Shown: positions 20,209 through 30,418 of the stretch, piece by piece
How the letters are laid out: the number at the start of each line of letters is the position of its first letter
Numbering within the stretch: position 1 is the stretch's first letter
From: an uncultured bacterium
GTDB taxonomy: Bacteria; Chloroflexota; UBA5177; JANWHV01
Assembly: GCA_963827235.1 (NCBI GenBank)
Contig: CAWHAE010000019.1
Span: 96,001-160,000, forward strand
Length of the DNA: 64,000 bases
Direction of reading: 5' to 3'
Notes under the pieces: generated by a model
The model's database searches: none
Told to the model about the DNA's origin: nothing
Seen by the model: only the letters and a program-made list of their open reading frames with translations
Made by a program: the position numbers and the translations under genes

Positions 20209-20646
20209 TCACTCGCCACTATCGCGCGCCGCGATCGCGGGCTCATGGCGCACCATCACGTTCCCCAGTACACCGTTGACAAAACGACCAGAATTGTCTC
20301 CCCCGAATTCCTTTGCCAGCTCCACAGCCTCGTTGATCACAACCTTTGGCGGTGTTGCAGGCACATGCAACAACTCGTAGAGCGCCAAGCGTAGCACCGC
20401 CCTGTCCACGGGCGCGATTCCGGACACCGGGTACAGCGGCGCGGACCCTTGCAGCAGCGTATCGAGTTCTTCGCGTTCTTGCAAGACGCCGGTGACCAAG
20501 CCGCGTGCGAACTCGGTCGTCGCCATACTCGCCTTACTCTCGGCTGCCCAGCGCGCGACGACAGCCTCCGGATCGTGCTCCACAGCGTCGATTTCGTAGA
20601 GCGCCTGAATGGAAATGTGCCTTGCCAGTCGTCTCCGTGTAGCCAC
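20209..20646 (-). CDS. nusB: Transcription antitermination factor
   Basis: [34 protein letters not shown]. Confidence 0.95.
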   Translation of the reverse strand: MATRRRLARHISIQALYEIDAVEHDPEAVVARWAAESKASMATTEFARGLVTGVLQEREELDTLLQGSAPLYPVSGIAPVDRAVLRLALYELLHVPATPPKVVINEAVELAKEFGGDNSGRFVNGVLGNVMVRHEPAIAARDSGE

Positions 20647-20975
20647 TATTCCACGCCCTGGATGTACACGTTGACGTTGCGGACCGACATGCCGAGCATC
20701 TCGTGAACTGCTTGAGAGACCCGGCGCTGCACCTCGTTCCCCACGGCAACCATGTTGGCGCCTTGTACAACCACTACGTACACGTCGGCGTGGACGGTCA
20801 TGTCGCGCACGTCGACCAGCACGCCGCGCGTTGCATCGGGCTGGCGCCGGCTGAAGAGACCGCTTCGCGGCACGTCAGCCATGGCGACGATACCCGGCAC
20901 GGACATCGTCGTCAGGTTCACGATAGTGGCCAGGACTTCCGGCGCGATCCGTATCGACGAAGCCTGCTCTGTCAT
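20646..20975 (-). CDS. Asp23/Gls24 family protein
   Basis: IRIAPEVLATI, VQRRV, VNVYIQGV; conserved position between accC and nusB. Confidence 0.9.
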   Translation of the reverse strand: MTEQASSIRIAPEVLATIVNLTTMSVPGIVAMADVPRSGLFSRRQPDATRGVLVDVRDMTVHADVYVVVVQGANMVAVGNEVQRRVSQAVHEMLGMSVRNVNVYIQGVE

Positions 20976-20980
20976 GCTGA

Positions 20981-22357
20981 CTACACCTCGTCGGCCGGGC
21001 CGGCCGCGGCGCGCCCACGGTCGGCGGCGATCATCGTCTCCAGGTACCGCGTGTGAAAGTTCCGTTGCCGGAAATTGACGTCGCCCATGATGCGTAGCTG
21101 GAATGGAATGACGGTCGTGACCCCCTCGATGACGTACTCCGAGAGCGCCCGCTGCATGCGGGCGATCGCTTCCTCGCGGTCCCTACCCCAGGTCAGGAGC
21201 TTGGCCAGCAACGAATCGTAATGGATCGGCACCGAATACCCGGTAAACAGATGTGACTCCACGCGCACGCCCGTCCCCCCTGGCGGCAGATACGCCGTAA
21301 CAGTACCGAAGCGCGGCTGGAAATCGTCGTCGGCGCTTTCCGCAGTGATACGGCATTCGATCGCGTGCCCACGTAGCGTAACATCCTGCTGGCGGATACT
21401 CAAGGGCCTGCCGGAGGCGATCAATATCTGCTCCTTGACGAGATCGAATCCTGTGAGCAGCTCGGTGACTCCGTGCTCGACCTGGATGCGCGTGTTCATC
21501 TCGCTGAAGTAGGCATGGCCGTCGGCCCACAGAAACTCGAGCGTCCCGGCGTTCGTGTAGCCGCACAGCGCGGCCCCGCGTGCCGCTGCTGCTCCCAGAT
21601 CGGCCCGTTGCTGATCCGTGAGGATGCTGGGACCCTCCTCGACCAGCTTCTGATGCCGCCGCTGCAGCGAGCACTCCCGATCGCCGAAGTGCACCACGGA
21701 GCCACAGTGATCGCCCATGATCTGTATCTCGATGTGCCGGCACTGCGAGAGATACTTCTCCACGTACAGTTGCCCGTTGCCAAACGCGGACTGCGCCTCG
21801 GCCTGCGCGGTCAGGTACTCGGCAGCAAGAGCTGCCTCGTCGTTGGCCACGCGGATTCCGCGGCCCCCGCCACCGGCCACCGCCTTCAGGATCACCGGGA
21901 AACCGATGTCGGCGGCGAGACTCTGTGCTTCGTCGAGGCTGCGCAAGGGTGCGTCGCTGCCCGGCAGGACCTCCAGGCCGGCACGCTGCAGGGCCACGCG
22001 AGCGGCAGGCTTGTCGCTCATGACGGTGATGGCCTGCGCGCTGGGGCCGATGAAGATCAGGTCGCACTTCTCGCAGACTTCGGCGAAGTACGGGTTCTCT
22101 GCCAGAAAGCCGGTGCCGGGATGAACCGCGTCGCACTCTTTCATCAACGCCGCCGTGACCAGGTTCGGGATGTTCAGGTAGCTCTTCCCCGGCGATGCCG
22201 GTCCGATGCAGACGGTCTCGTCGGCATAGCGGGCCGGAAGCGAGTTCCTGTCGACGTCGGAGTGCGCGAGGACGGTGCGGATGCCCATTTCCCGGCACGC
22301 GCGTATGATGCGGAGAGCTATCTCACCCCGGTTGGCGATCAGCACCTTCTGAATCAC
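20981..22357 (-). CDS. accC: Biotin carboxylase
   Basis: KVLIANRGEIA, GGGGRG, CSLQRRHQK, EMNTRIQVEH. Confidence 0.95.
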   Translation of the reverse strand: MIQKVLIANRGEIALRIIRACREMGIRTVLAHSDVDRNSLPARYADETVCIGPASPGKSYLNIPNLVTAALMKECDAVHPGTGFLAENPYFAEVCEKCDLIFIGPSAQAITVMSDKPAARVALQRAGLEVLPGSDAPLRSLDEAQSLAADIGFPVILKAVAGGGGRGIRVANDEAALAAEYLTAQAEAQSAFGNGQLYVEKYLSQCRHIEIQIMGDHCGSVVHFGDRECSLQRRHQKLVEEGPSILTDQQRADLGAAAARGAALCGYTNAGTLEFLWADGHAYFSEMNTRIQVEHGVTELLTGFDLVKEQILIASGRPLSIRQQDVTLRGHAIECRITAESADDDFQPRFGTVTAYLPPGGTGVRVESHLFTGYSVPIHYDSLLAKLLTWGRDREEAIARMQRALSEYVIEGVTTVIPFQLRIMGDVNFRQRNFHTRYLETMIAADRGRAAAGPADEV

Positions 22358-22510
22358 TCTTGCTCCTCGGCGCTCACCGTACGCCACGAACGCCCGCCTG
22401 TACCGGCGAAGGCGCTGGCGGCACGTTTCCGCACGGCGACGCAGTGCATGGTGTATGGTACGCGAGATGGCGCCAGCCGACATAGTGTCATCGAGGTGCG
22501 GTTTCGCAGG

Positions 22511-23455
22511 TCAGGTCGGAGACTCTACGTCCAGCAGAGCGGCCACGCGAATCACTTCTGCCTCCGGTACGATCCGCGCCAGCAGGCCGGCGACCACGGC
22601 ACCCGGACCGGCGTCTACCCAGGCATCGGGATGATATGCCGCCAGCGCCTGCATCGACTCAGTCCAGCGCACGGGAGCCGTCACCTGCCGCAGCAGCTCG
22701 GAGCGCACCTCCTCCGCCGCGACGAGCGGCTCGGCGCTGGTGTTGGCGAGCACGGGAAAGGCGCACTTGCCGATGGCAACTCGGGAGAGCGCTTCGGCGA
22801 ACGGTTCTACGGCCGGCCGCATGTGGGGCGAGTGAAACGCTCCCGCGACTTTTAGGGGAAGCACGCGCCTTGCCCCGCGGGCTTTCATCGCCAGCGCCGC
22901 TCGCTCGAGCGCGGGCAACCCGCCGGATATGACCTGCTGGTCCGGACCGTTGTCGTTGGCCAGCACCACCGTCTCCAACGGCCCGGCCTCGGGCCGCGAA
23001 ACTTCGGCGCATACCTGCTCAACAGCGGCTCGGCCGAGACCGATCACCGCGCTCATGCCGCCCCGCGCCATGTCGGCTGCTTCTTGCATCAGCCTGCCGC
23101 GCAGGGCTACCAGCCTTGCCGCGTCCTCCAGCGCGAGGGCCTCGGCCGCGACGAGCGCACCGTATTCCCCCAGACTGTGACCGGCGCCACCCGCGACCGC
23201 CACATCAGGATTCGAGGCAAGCCATGCCGCGTGGAGCGCCATGCTGCAGGCAAACACGGCCGGCTGCTGCCAGCGGGTCTCCTGAAGGAGATCCGCTGGA
23301 CCGTCGAAGCACGCCCTGCTGACGGCCATGTCGAGCGCACTATCGATGCGATCGAACACGTCCCGCGCCGCCGGATATCGCGCGCAGGCCACCCGTCCCA
23401 TACCTACTTGTTGGGAGGCCTGCCCGGGAAATAGGATCGCAATACGCCGCGCCAT
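22511..23455 (-). CDS. fabD: Malonyl-CoA:ACP transacylase
   Basis: FPGQASQ, GHSLGEY, GAFHS. Confidence 0.95.
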   Translation of the reverse strand: MARRIAILFPGQASQQVGMGRVACARYPAARDVFDRIDSALDMAVSRACFDGPADLLQETRWQQPAVFACSMALHAAWLASNPDVAVAGGAGHSLGEYGALVAAEALALEDAARLVALRGRLMQEAADMARGGMSAVIGLGRAAVEQVCAEVSRPEAGPLETVVLANDNGPDQQVISGGLPALERAALAMKARGARRVLPLKVAGAFHSPHMRPAVEPFAEALSRVAIGKCAFPVLANTSAEPLVAAEEVRSELLRQVTAPVRWTESMQALAAYHPDAWVDAGPGAVVAGLLARIVPEAEVIRVAALLDVESPT

Positions 23456-23514
23456 CTAGCAGGACGGTCTGCCCGCAACACGCAGGCAGAACCGCAGGCA
23501 CGGCGCGGTACTCG

Positions 23515-23730
23515 TCACGATGCAGCGCCTCCGCGCGTGTTCGGCGACTTGTCCTTGAAGACGATGTACGACCGGCCCTTGTACGTGCCGCAGGTCGGGC
23601 AGACGTGATGCCTGACCTTCGGCTGGCGGCATTGGCGGCAGACGTTGAGCTCGGCAAGCTTGATGCGCAGGTGTTGCCTGCGGTCGCCCTGACGGGCCCG
23701 CGACGTTCGTTTCTTCGGTACGGCTGGCAT
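23515..23730 (-). CDS. rpmF: 50S ribosomal protein L32 (zinc-binding form)
   Basis: AVPKKRTSRAR, CRQC...HHVCPTCGTYKG. Confidence 0.95.
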   Translation of the reverse strand: MPAVPKKRTSRARQGDRRQHLRIKLAELNVCRQCRQPKVRHHVCPTCGTYKGRSYIVFKDKSPNTRGGAAS

Positions 23731-23853
23731 GATTCCTCCTCATGGCGCGCGAGCTGACGTGCGTACGATGGGGAACCGCGACCGGTCGTCCCCACAGGTG
23801 TCGGCGCGGTCGCGCACGCATTGCCGGCGTCGACCGCTCTAGAGTTCAGGTAC

Positions 23854-24375
23854 CTAGTGTAGCAGACCGCGCAAGGCCGCGAAGGGGCGATTGCCCTCGG
23901 CCTCCACCGAGCACGAACACGGGTTGAGATTCCGGTTGCCGCCGCAAATCGCGCAGAGCCCCAGGCAGGAGGGCCTGCAGATGGGCTGGATCGGCAGCGC
24001 GGCGATGACGTTCTGCCGGATCGCCTCGCCGAGATCCAGAACGTGACCGCTGTCGATCATGAAGATCAGGTCGTCGTCGGGCTTGGCAAGCGGGGCGCCG
24101 GTGGTCACGTCGATGGAGGGCGCATACTCCTCTTCAAAATGAATGCTCATCGGTGCCGCGAAGAGTTCCAGGCAACGCCCGCACTCGAGCTCTACTGAGC
24201 ACTCGACGTCGCCGCGGGCCAGTATGCCGCCGTCGATTCGATCGAGGCGCACCTTTCCGCTCGAAAGCGCGGCACTGGTCGTGTCGTCCAGAGCAAGCGG
24301 CTCGTCGACCTCAATAGCGTAGCTGCGTGTGGTGCCGACGGGCCACTTCAGGAGCTGGGCAACGTTGATTTGCAT
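23854..24375 (-). CDS. yceD: DUF177/YceD family protein
   Basis: CGRCL, CRPSCLGLCAICGGN; located upstream of rpmF. Confidence 0.92.
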   Translation of the reverse strand: MQINVAQLLKWPVGTTRSYAIEVDEPLALDDTTSAALSSGKVRLDRIDGGILARGDVECSVELECGRCLELFAAPMSIHFEEEYAPSIDVTTGAPLAKPDDDLIFMIDSGHVLDLGEAIRQNVIAALPIQPICRPSCLGLCAICGGNRNLNPCSCSVEAEGNRPFAALRGLLH

Positions 24376-24429
24376 GTCAAAGTACCTCCTGGTTGATCCA
24401 GGGATAAAGAACGTCAACCAGGCAAAGAC

Positions 24430-24891
24430 TCACTGATCCGAGGTCACCACCTCGGCGCGAAGCGCTGTGATACCGTTTCTCACGGTGCCAAGCGTGGTCA
24501 GGAGCTGCTGCTCCAGCGCTTCGAGGGTGCCGACGACGTACTCGTCGGCACGCGTCCGGGTGTCATGAGCCTGTTGATTAGCTTCCTCGATGATTCGGCG
24601 CGCCTCGCGCTCGGCCGTCTTGTAGAGCACCTGCTCATGCACGAGCTCAAGCGCCTGCGCCTGTGCGTCGGCGATGATGCGCTCGGCTTCAGCCTTGCCC
24701 TCGGCGATGATGCCTTCCCGCCCGCGCTTGACTTCGTCGGCCTCGCGGACCTGCTCGGGAATGCTCTCGCGAATGCTCTCGATGATCTCCTGCACCTCGT
24801 TCTCATCGATCGCACAGCGGGACATACCGGGAATATGCCAGCCGGAACGAATCGTCTCTTCCAGCCGGTCCAGCAGATGCAAAATGTCGAT
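24430..24891 (-). CDS. Conserved coiled-coil protein (ATP synthase b / DivIVA-like) downstream of coaD; probable ATC start
   Basis: AAGGAGG 8 nt before ATC-GAC-ATT (xDILHLLDRLEE); helical EAERII/EARRII repeats. Confidence 0.8.
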   Translation of the reverse strand: MDILHLLDRLEETIRSGWHIPGMSRCAIDENEVQEIIESIRESIPEQVREADEVKRGREGIIAEGKAEAERIIADAQAQALELVHEQVLYKTAEREARRIIEEANQQAHDTRTRADEYVVGTLEALEQQLLTTLGTVRNGITALRAEVVTSDQ

Positions 24892-24895
24892 CGGT

Positions 24896-25420
24896 TTAGC
24901 CTCCTTCCGCTCGATAGGCGTCCGCGGTGCGGGCGATCCCGGCCGTCGCCTGCAAACGCGCGAAACGCTCGGCGACCGGCGGCGGTACCAGCCTTGACAC
25001 ATCGCCTCCCAGCAGCGCGATCTCTTTCATGCGGGTGGAGCTGATGAACATGAGTTCCTGGCTGCCTATAAAGCAGATCGTCTCCAGCGATGGCGCCAGC
25101 ATTCTGTTTGCCAGCGCCGCCTGGAACTCCCCCTCAAAATCAGGCCCGTGACGCAGGCCACGCACGATCACGTTCGCACCGATATGCATTGCATAGTTTA
25201 CCATTAGGCCGGTGAATCCCTCTACACGCGCATTAACCAAATGCACAGTAGATTCTCGCGCCATGTCGATCCGCTCTTGCCACGAGAACAGCACATCCTT
25301 GGCAGGGCGACTGTAGACGGCGATCACCAGCTCGTCGAATACGGCGGCGGCGCGCCTGGCGATGTCCAGGTGCCCATTTGTCATCGGATCGAAGCTGGCA
25401 GGAAACACGGCACGTCTCAG
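24896..25420 (-). CDS. coaD: Phosphopantetheine adenylyltransferase; probable CTG start
   Basis: FPASFDPMTNGH, IVRGLR, FISST; AGGAGGT 6 nt before CTG, which overlaps the rsmD TGA. Confidence 0.93.
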   Translation of the reverse strand: MRRAVFPASFDPMTNGHLDIARRAAAVFDELVIAVYSRPAKDVLFSWQERIDMARESTVHLVNARVEGFTGLMVNYAMHIGANVIVRGLRHGPDFEGEFQAALANRMLAPSLETICFIGSQELMFISSTRMKEIALLGGDVSRLVPPPVAERFARLQATAGIARTADAYRAEGG

Positions 25421-25977
25421 GGTACTACCTCCTCTCCTTCGTGCTGCCACATGCTGACAGCACTGTCACCATACCGCCGCGTGCGCACAAATCGCAACGG
25501 CCCTACGTTGCCCGCGACGTCGGCGCGCGGGCTGTGCTCCAGTACCACGATTCCATTCGCCTCCAGCAGAGCATGCAGCGCCGGCTGAGAGACGATCGCC
25601 AGGCTTTCCAGGTCGCCGTACGGTGGATCGGCGAAGACGATGTCATATGGACCTCGCAACGCCGGCAGGACTGGCGGCACCTCTGCTTGCAGCACCCGGC
25701 CGTGTTCCAGTAACCGCGCCCTGGCAAGATTATCGCGGATAATGCCGCATAGCGCGTGGCGTCGCTCCACGAAATCGCAATGGAGGGCATCGCGACTCAG
25801 TGCCTCTATGCCGATGGCGCCTGTGCCGGCAAAGAGATCGAGCACGCGCGCGCCCGCGATCCGTGCCGCGAGCACGTTGAAAATGGCGCCGCGGACCTTG
25901 TCCGCGGTGGCCCTGGTTCCCGCATCGGGCGGACCCTTGAGCGTCATCCCTCGCGCCGAGCCGCCGATCACTCGCAT
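25417..25977 (-). CDS. rsmD: 16S rRNA m2G966 methyltransferase
   Basis: MRVIGG, LDLFAGTGAIGIEALSR, DPPY. Confidence 0.93.
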   Translation of the reverse strand: MRVIGGSARGMTLKGPPDAGTRATADKVRGAIFNVLAARIAGARVLDLFAGTGAIGIEALSRDALHCDFVERRHALCGIIRDNLARARLLEHGRVLQAEVPPVLPALRGPYDIVFADPPYGDLESLAIVSQPALHALLEANGIVVLEHSPRADVAGNVGPLRFVRTRRYGDSAVSMWQHEGEEVVP

Positions 25978-26232
25978 AGGTTCTGGCCTCCTTGACGCAT
26001 GGTCGAGTCAGAGTGTACAACGCGTTGGGATCGGGTCGAGACGGCCGGCCGATCGATGGGCGTGTGGGTTGCGCCGGGGCCCCGATGGCCTGCCCCACCC
26101 TGGCACGTGGCGCGATGTGGCCGCGCCGGCCGCGTCGGTTGGCACCCCAGCGAGACAGGATGGCGACGTGTCCTTCCGAGTGAATAACGATAGCAAGCCC
26201 ATACCGGCCGGATATCCTGGGAGGCACGTCTG

Positions 26233-27255
26233 ATGCCTCGCCTCTCCACCTTGTTGATGAGCCTCGTCATCGTCGTCGCCGGCCTTTGGATTCTCACGCC
26301 AATGGCGCGCGCCATGCTACTCCTGCGCGAGACGCAGCACGCGGTTGAGGCGGCACCGGTGATCGATGGCCTGCCGGCCACTGACGCGCACTTCTACACC
26401 AACGACGAGACGGATAATCCCATTCCGATCGCGGGCTGGCTCTATGTGGTGAACACACACGCTCCGACCGTGATCCTGGTTCCGCCGTGGAAGGAAGACC
26501 GCAGCACGATGGTGAGCTATGCCTCCATGCTGCTCAAGGGTGGGCTCAACGCTCTGATGATCGATCTGCGCGGCACCGGTCACAGCGGCGGCGAGTTCAG
26601 CCTTGGCCTCTACGAGCCTGTCGACGTGAAGGCGGCGATTGACTATCTGGACACCAACGCCGAGATCGCCAATCACCACTATGCGCTGTACGGCCTGTCG
26701 TTCGGAGCCGGCGTAGCGATCGCGGCGGCCGGGGGAAATGGCGACCAGTATCCCACGGAGTCCGAGGTGGTGGCAGTCGTGGCGGACAGCCCCTGGGCCA
26801 CGGAGGACGACACGATTAACAGGCTCAACAGCGTGCCGCTCGGCGGGGTTTCCGTGCCGCTTCCGCAGTCCTTCACGCTGTTCGGCCATCACGTCCAGTT
26901 CCTGCCGGACGCGCGGTGGGTGGTGGATACGACGCTCGGCGGCAACCCCGACAGTCACAGCGCGCTGCAAGGGGCGATGCATTTGTCGTCAAGCCAATCG
27001 CTACTGATCATTCATGATGCCGGGGATACCAATTCCACCACCTCGTTGTCGGCGGCGCAGGAGCTCTACACCGCGGCGCACGTGCAGCACAAGGCGCTCT
27101 GGATCGCGCCGAGCAGCGGTCATGCCAGCGCACTGGAGGCACAGCCCCAGGACTACCAGGCGACGGTGCTCAACTTCCTGAAGAAGTATCTCGTCAACTA
27201 CCATGATGCGGCGCCGTCGGCAACGCCGGGCAACGTGGGCGGTCCCACGGCCTGA
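26233..27255 (+). CDS. Membrane-anchored or secreted alpha/beta hydrolase
   Basis: N-terminal TM; DLRGTGHSGG, nucleophile elbow GLSFG, late GH. Confidence 0.85.
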   Translation: MPRLSTLLMSLVIVVAGLWILTPMARAMLLLRETQHAVEAAPVIDGLPATDAHFYTNDETDNPIPIAGWLYVVNTHAPTVILVPPWKEDRSTMVSYASMLLKGGLNALMIDLRGTGHSGGEFSLGLYEPVDVKAAIDYLDTNAEIANHHYALYGLSFGAGVAIAAAGGNGDQYPTESEVVAVVADSPWATEDDTINRLNSVPLGGVSVPLPQSFTLFGHHVQFLPDARWVVDTTLGGNPDSHSALQGAMHLSSSQSLLIIHDAGDTNSTTSLSAAQELYTAAHVQHKALWIAPSSGHASALEAQPQDYQATVLNFLKKYLVNYHDAAPSATPGNVGGPTA

Positions 27256-27436
27256 CCTCGGAGAGCGGGAGCGCCGTGGCCGCCGTCGGCTTGACGAGCC
27301 TGCCAGCGGCCGGAATCTGGCGTCTGCCGACGACTCATGGTGTACCCTATCTGGAGTAGTACTGCCGTCGCGTCGTTGCGGCTCGCGATCTGGTGGGACG
27401 TCACGACGTTGCATGGCCGTCACGTTGGGGAGACGC

Positions 27437-28603
27437 ATGCTGGTGCGGGCTAGCGGGCTCGTGTGGAAGGCTGCTATTCTCGGGGTGCTTCTTGGACAGT
27501 TGCTCACCCCGTTTCCGGCGCCGGCTCGTGCCGACCCCGGGAGCATTGCCGTAGACTCGCGGTATCCGGAGCCACCTCTGCTGGGGAAGGCCGCGGTCGT
27601 CTACGACGTCGATTCCGGCAAGACGCTCTATTCGCGGCACGCGCAGGAGCACCTGGCCGTGGCAAGCGTGACGAAGCTCATGACCGCGCTCCTCGTGCTG
27701 GAGCACGGACGCTTGGACGATATGACAACGGTGAGCTACAGAGCGGCGACCATCGGACAGTCGACCATGGGCCTGCGGACCGGCGAGCAGCTATCTCTGC
27801 GGGACCTCCTCTACGGGTTGCTTCTCCCATCGGGTAACGACGCGGCGATCGCCCTGGCGGAAGCGGTGGGCGGTAGCGAGAACGCCTTCGTAGCCGCGAT
27901 GAATGCTCGCTGTCACGCCCTGGGCTGCACGGGCTCGCATTTCACCACCTCGCACGGCCTTGACGGTTACGGCAACTACTCGAGCGCTCACGACCTGCTG
28001 CTCGTGCTGCTGGCCGACCTTCGCTACGGCACATTCCGGTCGATGGTGAACACGCGCACCTATTCGGTGCCGGCAACGGCACATAACTATTTGCACTTCC
28101 TCACAAACGTGCACGAGCCGTTGTGGTGGTATCCGGGCGTCGAAGGGGCCAAGCCGGGAAACACGACGGAGGCAGGATTCTGCGACGCTCTCTACGTCGT
28201 GCGCGGCGGGCGCCATATCGCTGCCGTGATCCTGGGCATGCAGGATCGCTACACCGATGTGCGGAACCTTCTGGACTTCGCACTCGACGATTTCACGTGG
28301 CATTCTCCCGCCGGCGTCAGCACCGATCTGGAAAGCCTCCTCTACCCGCCGGACGATTTCAGCGTGGATGGGCCCAGCCGGCATCTTGCGGGTTCAGATG
28401 GTCCCGGTAGGCCGTGGCTCTATTACGTCGGCACCGGATATTACGTGCGCCCTCCGTTTCTGGCATACGATCTGCACCACCCGGGACTCGGACTGCCCAC
28501 CAGCCAGGGAACCACGCTGGGCAGTCTACAGGTGCAGCGATTCGGCAAGACCATCCTGTTCTACAATTCGACGACGGGCGCTCTGGCTTCCGCGCCCGCC
28601 TGA
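27437..28603 (+). CDS. D-alanyl-D-alanine carboxypeptidase (peptidase S11)
   Basis: SxxK (ASVTK), SGNDAA, KPG (KTG variant); signal peptide. Confidence 0.9.
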   Translation: MLVRASGLVWKAAILGVLLGQLLTPFPAPARADPGSIAVDSRYPEPPLLGKAAVVYDVDSGKTLYSRHAQEHLAVASVTKLMTALLVLEHGRLDDMTTVSYRAATIGQSTMGLRTGEQLSLRDLLYGLLLPSGNDAAIALAEAVGGSENAFVAAMNARCHALGCTGSHFTTSHGLDGYGNYSSAHDLLLVLLADLRYGTFRSMVNTRTYSVPATAHNYLHFLTNVHEPLWWYPGVEGAKPGNTTEAGFCDALYVVRGGRHIAAVILGMQDRYTDVRNLLDFALDDFTWHSPAGVSTDLESLLYPPDDFSVDGPSRHLAGSDGPGRPWLYYVGTGYYVRPPFLAYDLHHPGLGLPTSQGTTLGSLQVQRFGKTILFYNSTTGALASAPA

Positions 28604-28625
28604 ACATCGCCGTGAGGAGGTGTCG

Positions 28626-29042
28626 ATGATCGACTTGCCGTCGCTGGGCGCCGGTTTTGCCTTCCCGCCCCAGACGCTCGTCCTGGACGCTGCGACCGTA
28701 TCGTCCTACGTGCGCGCCGTGGGCGATCCGTTCGATGGCTACCGCGGGCAGCAGGGCGTAGTTCCGCCACTTGCTGCACTGGCGCTCGGCATGCGCGGCT
28801 TGACAGACTTGCTGGCACGTTTTCCCGGTGTGCTCCACCTCACGCAGCATCTCACGTCGCACCGCGCCATCCCGATCGGGGCGACGGTAACGGCCTACCT
28901 GGCCGTGCGCTCGAGATCCGAGCGGCGGGGCTTCGCCGCCTTGACGCTCGAGGCATATGTCGTGGAGAACGGCGAGCGCGTCGTCGAAGGCGGCCTGCTG
29001 TTGATGGTGCCGATGCGAGCGGGTGGAGCGGCAGGTGAGTAA
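28626..29042 (+). CDS. MaoC/hotdog-fold dehydratase N-terminal-type subunit
   Basis: YVRAVGD..VPP, LHLTQ motifs; paired with the next gene. Confidence 0.75.
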   Translation: MIDLPSLGAGFAFPPQTLVLDAATVSSYVRAVGDPFDGYRGQQGVVPPLAALALGMRGLTDLLARFPGVLHLTQHLTSHRAIPIGATVTAYLAVRSRSERRGFAALTLEAYVVENGERVVEGGLLLMVPMRAGGAAGE

Positions 29043-29478
29043 GGTCGCGCGCGTGCCGAGCGCAGGCGAGCGCCTGCAGGGATTCGACGTCGAGATCACG
29101 GCCGAGCGCGTCCGAGCCTATGCCGACGCCGCATCCGACCACAATCCGATTCACCTCGACCCGGAATTCGCCGCGACCATGCCTTTCGGCGGCACCATTG
29201 CCCACGGCATGCTGCTATTGGCGTATCTGGCGCGCCTCATGACCATGCGCTTTGGCGCGGCATGGCTGCAAGAAGGCACGCTCAGCGCGCGATTCCGTGC
29301 GCCTGCCAGGGTCGGCACACGAGTGCGAGCCAGCGGCCTGGTGAGGTCCGTTGCTGCGCGTGGCGACCAGACGATCGTGGAGTGCGAACTCCAGGTGAGC
29401 AACAGTGAGGACGTAGCACTCGTGACGGCCACGGCGCAGGTGATGCTGCATCGGGGTCAGGATGACGGGCAGCCGTGA
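29035..29478 (+). CDS. MaoC family (R)-specific dehydratase
   Basis: YADAASDHNPIHLD, IAHGML hydratase motif. Confidence 0.9.
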   Translation: MSKVARVPSAGERLQGFDVEITAERVRAYADAASDHNPIHLDPEFAATMPFGGTIAHGMLLLAYLARLMTMRFGAAWLQEGTLSARFRAPARVGTRVRASGLVRSVAARGDQTIVECELQVSNSEDVALVTATAQVMLHRGQDDGQP

Positions 29479-29591
29479 CTTGCCGCCGCTCCGGCGAATC
29501 GCAGGGGCGCGCGGGATTCGCTTCTCTGCTCGCCGGCTGGGACGCTCGTGGTGCATCATCCCCACCGTGAGCTTTGAGAATTCGTTGATTC

Positions 29592-29625
29592 GTAAGTAGA
29601 CACTTACAGAGCTGTCACCTATGAT
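29592..29625 (+). promoter_or_regulatory. ArsR operator palindrome overlapping a probably leaderless promoter
   Basis: GTAAGT-AGAC-ACTTAC (29592-29607); TAGACA-17bp-TATGAT ends 6 nt before ATG 29632. Confidence 0.65.
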
Positions 29626-29631
29626 GGATAC

Positions 29632-29958
29632 ATGATCGACACGGTGCTCAACGCGATCAGCGAGCCGCGACGCCGCGAGATCATGCGATTGATCCGTGAC
29701 AATGAGCAGTCGTCAGGAGAGATCGCCGCTCACTTTGCCGTCTCGCGGCCGGCAGTCTCCCAGCATCTGCAGGTTCTTGCGCATGCCGGGTTGGTGTCTG
29801 TCCGCGCGGTGGGAACCCGGCGCCTCTATTCCGCTCGACCCGAGGGTTTGGCGGAGCTGCGGCGGTACCTCGACGAGTTCTGGGACGATGGTCTGCTGCT
29901 GCTCAAGCAGGCCGCGGAGGCTGAGGAAAGGAGGTCATCAGGTGCCAACAAGCGCTGA
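29632..29958 (+). CDS. ArsR/SmtB family regulator
   Basis: PRRREI, SRPAVSQHLQVL, GTRRLY. Confidence 0.92.
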   Translation: MIDTVLNAISEPRRREIMRLIRDNEQSSGEIAAHFAVSRPAVSQHLQVLAHAGLVSVRAVGTRRLYSARPEGLAELRRYLDEFWDDGLLLLKQAAEAEERRSSGANKR

Positions 29959-30418
29959 GATCGGGGTGCTGGAACGCGAAGTGCGCATCGCCGCTCGGCC
30001 GGAAACCATCTTCCCATTCCTGGTCGATCCGGACAAGATGGTGCGATGGCAGGGCATCAGCGCCACGCTCGACCCGCGACCTGGAGGCACGTACTGCTGC
30101 AACATCACCGGCCGAGACATCGCGCGTGGCGAGTTTGTCGCTGTGGAGCCGCCACGCCGTGTCGTGTATACGTTCGGCTGGGAGGGAGAGGGCGAGCTCG
30201 TGCCGCCTGGCTCGTCGACGGTAGAGATCACCTTGACTGCCGACGGAGACGGCACCATTCTCCGGCTTCGGCACTCCGGCCTGCCGGCCGAGGCGCAGGC
30301 CTCTCACGGCGAGGGCTGGAGCCACTATCTCGATCGCCTCGCCGCAATCAGCGAGGGAAACGACCCGGGGGCAGATTCCTGGGCAGCCGACCAGGCTGCC
30401 GAAATCGAGCCCAAGTAG
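29942..30418 (+). CDS. SRPBCC/AHSA1 domain protein
   Basis: DPRPGG, EPPRRVVYTFGW, GWSHYLDRL. Confidence 0.88.
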   Translation: MPTSAEIGVLEREVRIAARPETIFPFLVDPDKMVRWQGISATLDPRPGGTYCCNITGRDIARGEFVAVEPPRRVVYTFGWEGEGELVPPGSSTVEITLTADGDGTILRLRHSGLPAEAQASHGEGWSHYLDRLAAISEGNDPGADSWAADQAAEIEPK

